From Lophium mytilinum (lineage: Eukaryota), in assembly GCA_010093605.1 (NCBI GenBank), contig MU004189.1, positions 124,001 through 177,581 of the forward strand: a stretch of DNA of 53,581 bases, in the 5' to 3' direction. A program made the translations under genes and the position numbers. Below are positions 46,810-53,581 of this stretch, in pieces. The notes under the pieces are model-generated. The model had not been told where the DNA came from, ran no database searches, and saw only the letters and a list, made by a program, of their open reading frames with translations. The stretch's first letter is position 1, and each line of letters begins with the position of its first letter.

Positions 46810-48601
46810 ATGCCGACCGTCCACCTCCTCGACTATGTCGCAGGCAACATCCGCTCCCTCGCCAACGCCATCGAAAAGATTGGCTACACAGTAGAATGGG
46901 TCACCTCTCCCGCCGACATCTCCAAAGCTGAGGTACGCGCACCCGCTCCTTCGCCCCAATTGCAGACCAATCCGCTCATTCCGGCCTTGCGCTGATACAC
47001 AGGCCTCCAGAGACTCATCCTCCCCGGCGTCGGTCATTTCGGCCATTGCATGACGCAGCTCGCGAGCGCCGGCTATGTCGAACCGATTCAAGAGCACATC
47101 AAGGCGGGGAAGCCGTTCATGGGCATCTGTGTAGGCATGCAGGCGGTGTTTGAGAGCTCGGAAGAGGACCCCAGAGTGCCGGGGCTGGGATTGATACTGG
47201 AGCAGCTGAAGAGGTTCCAGGATGCGGATAAGAGCGTGCCGCAGATTGGGTGGAACTCGGCGAATACATCGGGGAAGGAGAAGGTGGCGGAGCAGAGTCT
47301 GTATGGGCTGAGGCCGAACAGCAAGTACTACTACGTTCATTCGTATGCTGCGCCATACCGGGAAGGGGAGCTTGAGAAGGCGGGATGGGCGGTCGCGACG
47401 GCGCGGTATGGAGAGGAGGAGTTTGTTGGTGCGGTTGCGAGGGATAATGTGTTTGCGACGCAATTCCACCCCGAAAAGAGTGGCGCGGCTGGTTTGCGGG
47501 TGCTAAAGGCGTTCTTGGATGGGAAGAAGTGGGAAACGCTGCCAGAAGTCCCTTCGGCGGCGTCGACCAAGGAGGGGCTGACGCGAAGAGTCATTGCATG
47601 TCTCGATGTCCGGACGAACGACCAAGGCGATTTAGTTGTCACAAAAGGCGACCAATACGACGTGCGAGAGAAGGACGGCGTATCCTCCGGCGGTGCTGTG
47701 CGGAATCTAGGCAAGCCAGTCGACATGGCACGGAGGTATTACGAGCAAGGAGCGGACGAAGTCACATTTCTCAACATCACGTCCTTCAGAAACTGCCCGG
47801 TCGCAGATACCCCGATGCTCGAAATTCTGCGGAGGACATCAGAGACCGTGTTTGTGCCTTTGACGATCGGCGGTGGCATTCGGGACACTGTAGACACAGA
47901 TGGCACTGCTATCTCAGCTCTCGATATCGCGACCATGTATTTCAAGTCAGGTGCAGACAAGGTGAGCATTGGATCTGACGCTGTGACTGCAGCGGAAGCA
48001 TATCACGCGGCAGGCAAGAAATTGACGGGTAAGACCGCAATTGAAAGCATCTCTTCCGCGTACGGGAACCAGGCCGTTGTCATTAGCGTTGACCCAAGAC
48101 GAGTGTACGTCTCTTCACCATCTGCGACACCTCATCACACCATCAAGACGTCTACTGCAGGCCCCAATGGCGAGGAGTACTGTTGGTACCAGTGCACTAT
48201 CAAGGGAGGAAGAGAAGGGCGCGACTTCGACGTGCGGCAGCTTGTCACTGCCGTCGAGGCCATGGGCGCAGGAGAGATCCTGCTCAACTGTATTGATAAA
48301 GACGGCACGAATAGTGGGTTTGATCTAGAGCTCATCAACGACGTCAAGAACGCTATTAGCATTCCGGTGATTGCGAGTAGTGGAGCGGGCAATCCGGGCC
48401 ATTTTCAAGAGGTCTTCCAGAAAACGTCGACGGATGCAGCTTTGGGCGCTGGCATGGTGAGTTCAGACCTGCATCTACAACGTTGCAAGATGGATGCTAA
48501 TATCTAAGCAGTTTCACCGTCAAGAATACACCGTCAAGCAGGTGAAAGACTTCCTGCAAGGCAAAGGGCTCTTAGTGCGGCAGTTCGAGGAGACTATATG
48601 A
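46810..48601 (+). CDS. HIS7: Imidazole glycerol phosphate synthase HisHF; exons 46810-46932, 47011-48456, 48512-48601
   Basis: [17 protein letters not shown] start, [10 protein letters not shown], glutaminase triad motifs GICVGMQ and QFHPEKSG, cyclase motifs [37 protein letters not shown]. Both introns are GT-AG and preserve frame. Confidence 0.97.
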
Positions 48602-49116
48602 TCTTCAATGAATCACTGCTGACCATGCTTGAACTCAAACTGACCCCTGTTGATTGACTTTATCAGCTCTCTGAGCCACTTCAGACAGTGGTAGAGGGTT
48701 TTACTGTTAGTAGTCTTGCCTGGGCTCACCCCTTTGGCTTGTTCGTACGCCAAATGTTCGTGCGCTAGAAAAGTACCCGCCCTGAGAGTGTTGGCATCGT
48801 GCTTATAGCTTTCGAGCTCTCACGGAGCCAATCAAAGCTGTCAACCATCTTTTAAAACCCTTTGTTTACCCCCTTTCAATATAAGGCCTTGACATATAAC
48901 CATCGCGTGCGTGTTATTATGGAAATGGAAATGGCGATTCTGAGACGCCTGTTAGCTCTTCTTGCCACCTCAGACGGCGTCGTAAACTAAGCAGTGGACA
49001 CCTGCCTGTAGAAGAGCCCGCGTGCCTGCGGATTTCGGGTTGGGAAAGGGCACATGCACCTGCGAGAATACAAAAGTCTGCCTGGGCCTTCTTCTTCTCT
49101 TCTTCCCAAACATCAT

Positions 49117-49217
49117 CTTCCGTCAAGCATCCACTCCATTGTTTCTCCCCACCAAGCTCTTCCATCAAGCATCCACTCCATTGTTTCTCCCCACCAAGCT
49201 CTTCCATCAAGCATCCA
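49117..49217. repeat. 42-bp tandem repeat (~2.4 copies) just upstream of the 7-TM gene
   Basis: cttccrtcaagcatccactccattgtttctccccaccaagct at 49117 and 49159, with a partial copy at 49201. Confidence 0.9.
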
Positions 49218-49245
49218 TTCGACTTTTCCACCTCTCCAAGACACT

Positions 49246-50201
49246 ATGGCAATCCAATGTACAGCTGTCGATGCGTTCGCCCTGACAGAAAGCCGAGCTC
49301 TCGCCGCCTGCTTTGCACTTTTCCTTTTGGCCTATCTGCCTTTGATCGCCGCCGCTTTGATCGCTGCCTTCAGGACTCCGAAGAAGCTCATATTCCTTGT
49401 TGCAGCACTAGCAATGGTGTTCTATTGGCTGTAAGTTCCTCACTTCTTTGCCACTGTTTGAGCTGGCCCAGCAGGCTTAGCTGATTTGTTAATTAACAAC
49501 GCTGCAGTTCGAATGTGCTGAAGATACTCGCTCTCGTTCGTGCCGAATGCATTCTTAGCCCCCTTTGGAAGTCAGTGGTTGCGGCCGTCGTTCTCGCCAC
49601 TATCGCAGACGCCTTGCTTCTCGCCATCATGCTGTTGCATCTCCCCCGAGCATTAGGTCGGATCCAGAAGAACTCCATGATGATCATCCCAGGGATCACG
49701 TTCTTCATCATTTGCGGACTCCTCATCGCGTGGGCTGTCTTATTCGCCACCAACTTCTACAGAACCTCGTACTACAACGGCGGCACCGCCATGGAAACCA
49801 TCAGGAGCTTCACCGTCTTCTTGGCCGCACGCAGGCTGGGCGTAGCTACCTACATCCTCTATCAGGCCGCCGTAATCATAGCCGTCGGGCTCTGTGTCTA
49901 CAACCTCATCAGGAATCCGTCGGCCTCGACAACTTCCGGTGCTGTTATTGTCCTTGTCACCTTAATCAGCCTTCTGATGGTATTATGGCCTGCACTGAGA
50001 GCTATGCAGATCATGATGTTGCCTTCCGAAATACTCATGGCCCCGAGGACGAACATCGCCACCACCACCGCCATTGCTACTGCTGGTGTTATTGGTACCG
50101 ATTTCGTCCTTCTGGAGTACTTCACGCAAGCGGCGCAGTATCTGGCACTCGTCTTTCTGCTCCTCGTCGCCAACCGCGCACCTAAGCAGGAGTCGGAGTG
50201 A
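49246..50201 (+). CDS. Hypothetical integral membrane protein, ~292 aa, about 7 TM helices; exons 49246-49430, 49508-50201
   Basis: Intron 49431-49507 (GTAAGT..CAG) joins MAIQC..VFYWL to SNVLKILALV in frame; seven ~20-25-aa hydrophobic stretches; fungal-like codon usage. Confidence 0.75.
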
Positions 50202-50987
50202 AGCGTTGATCTGGCCTCATCCTATACCCTACTCTCTGCACTTCACTAGTACTAGCCTATGAATTCAATTCTCTTTCCCTATCTCTCACACTTGTCTGCC
50301 GCTGCTTGAAGCTCCCAATGCATTCTCGTGATCGTGAATGTTCTTGATTGGACTAGTCAGTAAGCCTGCCAGGCCGCCTCGGAATAGTGGCTAATGACAC
50401 TCCGTGTGTACACTCGTTGACCGTTGCATGGGAAGATTCACAGTGTTGCAGCATTCCGAATACGAAATAAATACGGCCGTTTGGCTTATCGGAATATTCG
50501 CGAGGCTATTTCAGACAGAGTCCCAACAAGGTATAAGCAGGGGATAGTACAATCAAGTTAGTGTACACTCCGCTTCATCATAGATCTTCGTACACTTCTA
50601 TATCACTGGACGCGGAGTTTTAGAGTGTTTCCAGGAACCCAAATCAGAAACGGGCATTGCATTTTGGCCTACCAGTATATTTGCGAAGCTACTGCGGACA
50701 GTGTCATCATGTGTGCGAAGATCCAAAGTATATCCACTACACCTTAGGCTGCGCTGGGAGGTGTTGTATCGTGTATGATGGCGGCGTCGACATCTACGTT
50801 GTCATCAGTTTATGGAGAAACGATACTGTTTTGAAAGGGATCAAGAAACACATGAATGGGGGAGAGCGAGCTCTGCCCTCTCTCTTGCTTCAGCGTAGTG
50901 ATGATAAGTAGCGTTTGAGTCTAAAGATAGAAGAGAGCGTGTCTTGTAGCATTAGATCATTTTTGCAGGGAAAGAATGCTGGGGATT

Positions 50988-53581
50988 GTAGAATTCTTAA
51001 TATACAGTTAATATTTAGATATTATACACGTAATATATAGATCTACTATAGAAATACTTTTCTATATAGATCTAGTATAATTAAGGCCTATATAGGCCTC
51101 TCTAATATATATATAGCTTAGCTAGATTTCTATATAGAATTAATATCTATTATTCTTTAAATTCTTATATTATATAATTAGAAATATTATATCTAGTAGC
51201 TTAGTTATAGTTCTAGCCGCCTCTAAGGCCTTCTTAGAGGGCTATTAGGTTCTTAAACTTAATAGTATAGAGCTAGCTAAGGCTATATTCTTATAATTAA
51301 CCCTTAGTAATAATAGAAGATATTAGCTTCTATAATTAGTAGAATTTTTAGATTATTATAATAATACTAAGCTGTATTAATAGTTTCTAAAAATTAACCT
51401 AATTAGCAATTAATAACAACTATTAATAATAGCCCCTAATTAGCATTAAGCCAGTATTATAATATAACCACCTATTATAAATATTCTTATAAAAATTAAA
51501 TAGTATAGGTCTAAAGAGCTCTTAGCTAGAATATTACTATAGAATTTTTCTATCCCTTTTAATACTTCTATATAACTAACTACGCGTTCTATTAGCTACT
51601 AAAGTAAAATTAATAGTAGAATAGTAAAAAGAATAATATTATAGCTTAATAGAGCCTAATAATTATATAGTAATTAAAAATCCTTATAAGTTAATTATAA
51701 GAAGAAGGCGGAGAAGTTCTTTTAAGAATTCTCCCTCTCTAATAGAATATTAAAAAGCATTTAAGAAAGAAACTTAATATTACTATCTTAGCACCCTTTT
51801 CTTACTCTTTACTTTAATTATATTATAGTTATTAACTCTTTTCTACTCTTTTCTATTCTTAAATATTCTATAACTCTTAGCTTTCTTTTATATCTAGTAA
51901 TAGATATTATTATTCTAATAGATTATCTTTTAACCTTTAAGGACTCTTCTAAAAACTCTCTTAGTTTAGTACTATATCTTATAATCTATTTAATCTAATA
52001 TTAGCCTTATAGGCTAAGTAGGCTACTACTTTAAGACCTATTAAGCTACTAGTTTAAGGTTCTCTAATTATTTATAGTAGTGCCCTAGCCTATAATCTAA
52101 AGCTTATCTATTAAAAGCTATTATTTATACCTTCTTTAAATAGCTATTAATACTTTTAAGCCCCTATAATAGAGTATATAATAAATTACTAAAGACTAGA
52201 ACTCTTTAGTTCTATATTAGCTCCTTCTATATAATAGTAGTATACTACTATACTAGAATAGCTATAAGCTATAGTTTCTAATTACTATACCCGCGTTAAG
52301 AATATATTAAATAACCTCTAGTAGTAGCCTACTTCTTAGAGTACTACTAACTTCTAGAGTCTATTATTTAATACTTTCTTAGATTATCTAATACTAGACT
52401 ATAATAAGCCTATATTAAAATAAACTATATAAGAGCTTTAATAAGCCTTTAAGAGAATATTAGCTATAAGAGAATCTTATCTAATAGTGCTATCTAAAGT
52501 TTTTATAAGAACTTCTACTATATAGTTAGATAAAGTTAATAATAATATATACCCTATCTAGATAGTTTAGATATATAACTTTATTACTATATAAGCGGAC
52601 GCCTATTAATAGGTTTACTAGTAGATACTAGAAACTTAAAAGATTTAGCTAGCTAGTAGCTATATAGCTAGAACTATAGCTATTTAATAGAACTAAAATA
52701 TTTAATAGCACTACTAAGGTAATACTAAGTTTACTATATTAGATTAGTTCTTTACTACCTTTAGCCGCCGCTATAAGAGCGCGGATACGCTAGAGTAATA
52801 CTAACACCGCTTTAATAAAATAGTATAGATAACTAGTACTTATTAGTTTTTTAATAAGCTTATTAGGGCTACTTATATATACTCTCTTAATATAGCTCTA
52901 TCTAATCTTAAAGTATATTAATATGCCCGCGCAGGTTTAAAACCTAGCCTTAAGTTTTATATTAATGCCTAAGTATAGGCCCCTTCTAATTTTAATAAAT
53001 AGATAGCGTAGGTTACTACTACTAATAAGTATTAGATCTCCTAGTATAAGAGAATAAGAGACTATTAGGGCTACCTTAATACTATCTCTAGGGCTAATAA
53101 AAAATTAGATAATAATTACTTTTAAGAAACTAATATTAATCCTAATAAATATAAATATCTAGACGCTAAAGATAATACTAAACTTAACGCCTTTAAAGGT
53201 AGAAATACTACTAGATCTTAAGGACGCAGTTAAGGCTATAGTAGACGCAGTAAAGGTAATACTTAATAGAATACTAATACGCGTAAGTACTATAATTATA
53301 GTAAGAAGGGCTATATTAAATATAACTATACTTAGCTAGCTAAGAAGCTATTAGAAAACTAGAAGGGTTAGTAGCCTTAGAGTAACTAACTAACCTAAAA
53401 AATAAGACTTCTACTTTTTATAAACTTATAATAGAAAAGGATTAGCCGCCCTTTAATAATTCTTCTAACTAAATTATTATTAAATTAATAGAAGAAAGAA
53501 TCTACTACCTTAACTCTCTAGGTAAATATCTTTTAGAATATAAGAGAACTTTAGAACTATCTAACTATTAGAAAAGAACTA
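50988..53581. mobile_element. RIP-degenerated repeat/transposon relic (family not identifiable), running off the window end
   Basis: Abrupt switch to very AT-rich sequence saturated with TpA, TAG, TAA and CTA; CpA and TpG nearly absent while CpG/GC islets survive (gccgccgc, gacgc); no ORF in the track. Confidence 0.85.

Noticed and set aside
49565..50185. 206-aa alternative-frame ORF overlapping the 7-TM gene
   Set aside because: Arg/His-rich off-frame reading of hydrophobic codons.

Overview
Eukaryotic DNA from a filamentous ascomycete (Pezizomycotina): short GT-AG introns with CTRAY-type branch points, a leashin gene and a RIP-type AT-rich block. Genes on the + strand, in order: CCCH zinc-finger protein (Scp3/Lee1-like), F-box protein, peroxisomal copper amine oxidase (ends -SKL), Rna15/CstF-64, a ~28 kb leashin (Lah, Woronin body tether) gene of ~9,350 aa with a 26.5 kb open first segment, Chl1/DDX11 helicase, His7 (HisHF) and an orphan 7-TM protein. 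A probable damaged orphan gene lies on the - strand between leashin and CHL1. The last ~2.6 kb is a heavily RIP-mutated repeat relic. The most notable observations are the modular repeat architecture of leashin, in-frame candidate introns inside it, a 5-nt micro-exon completing the Chl1 Walker A motif, a probable GC-AG intron in CHL1, and an N-gap flanked by an exact 33-bp duplication. All gene identities come from motif recognition by eye; no database search was run.
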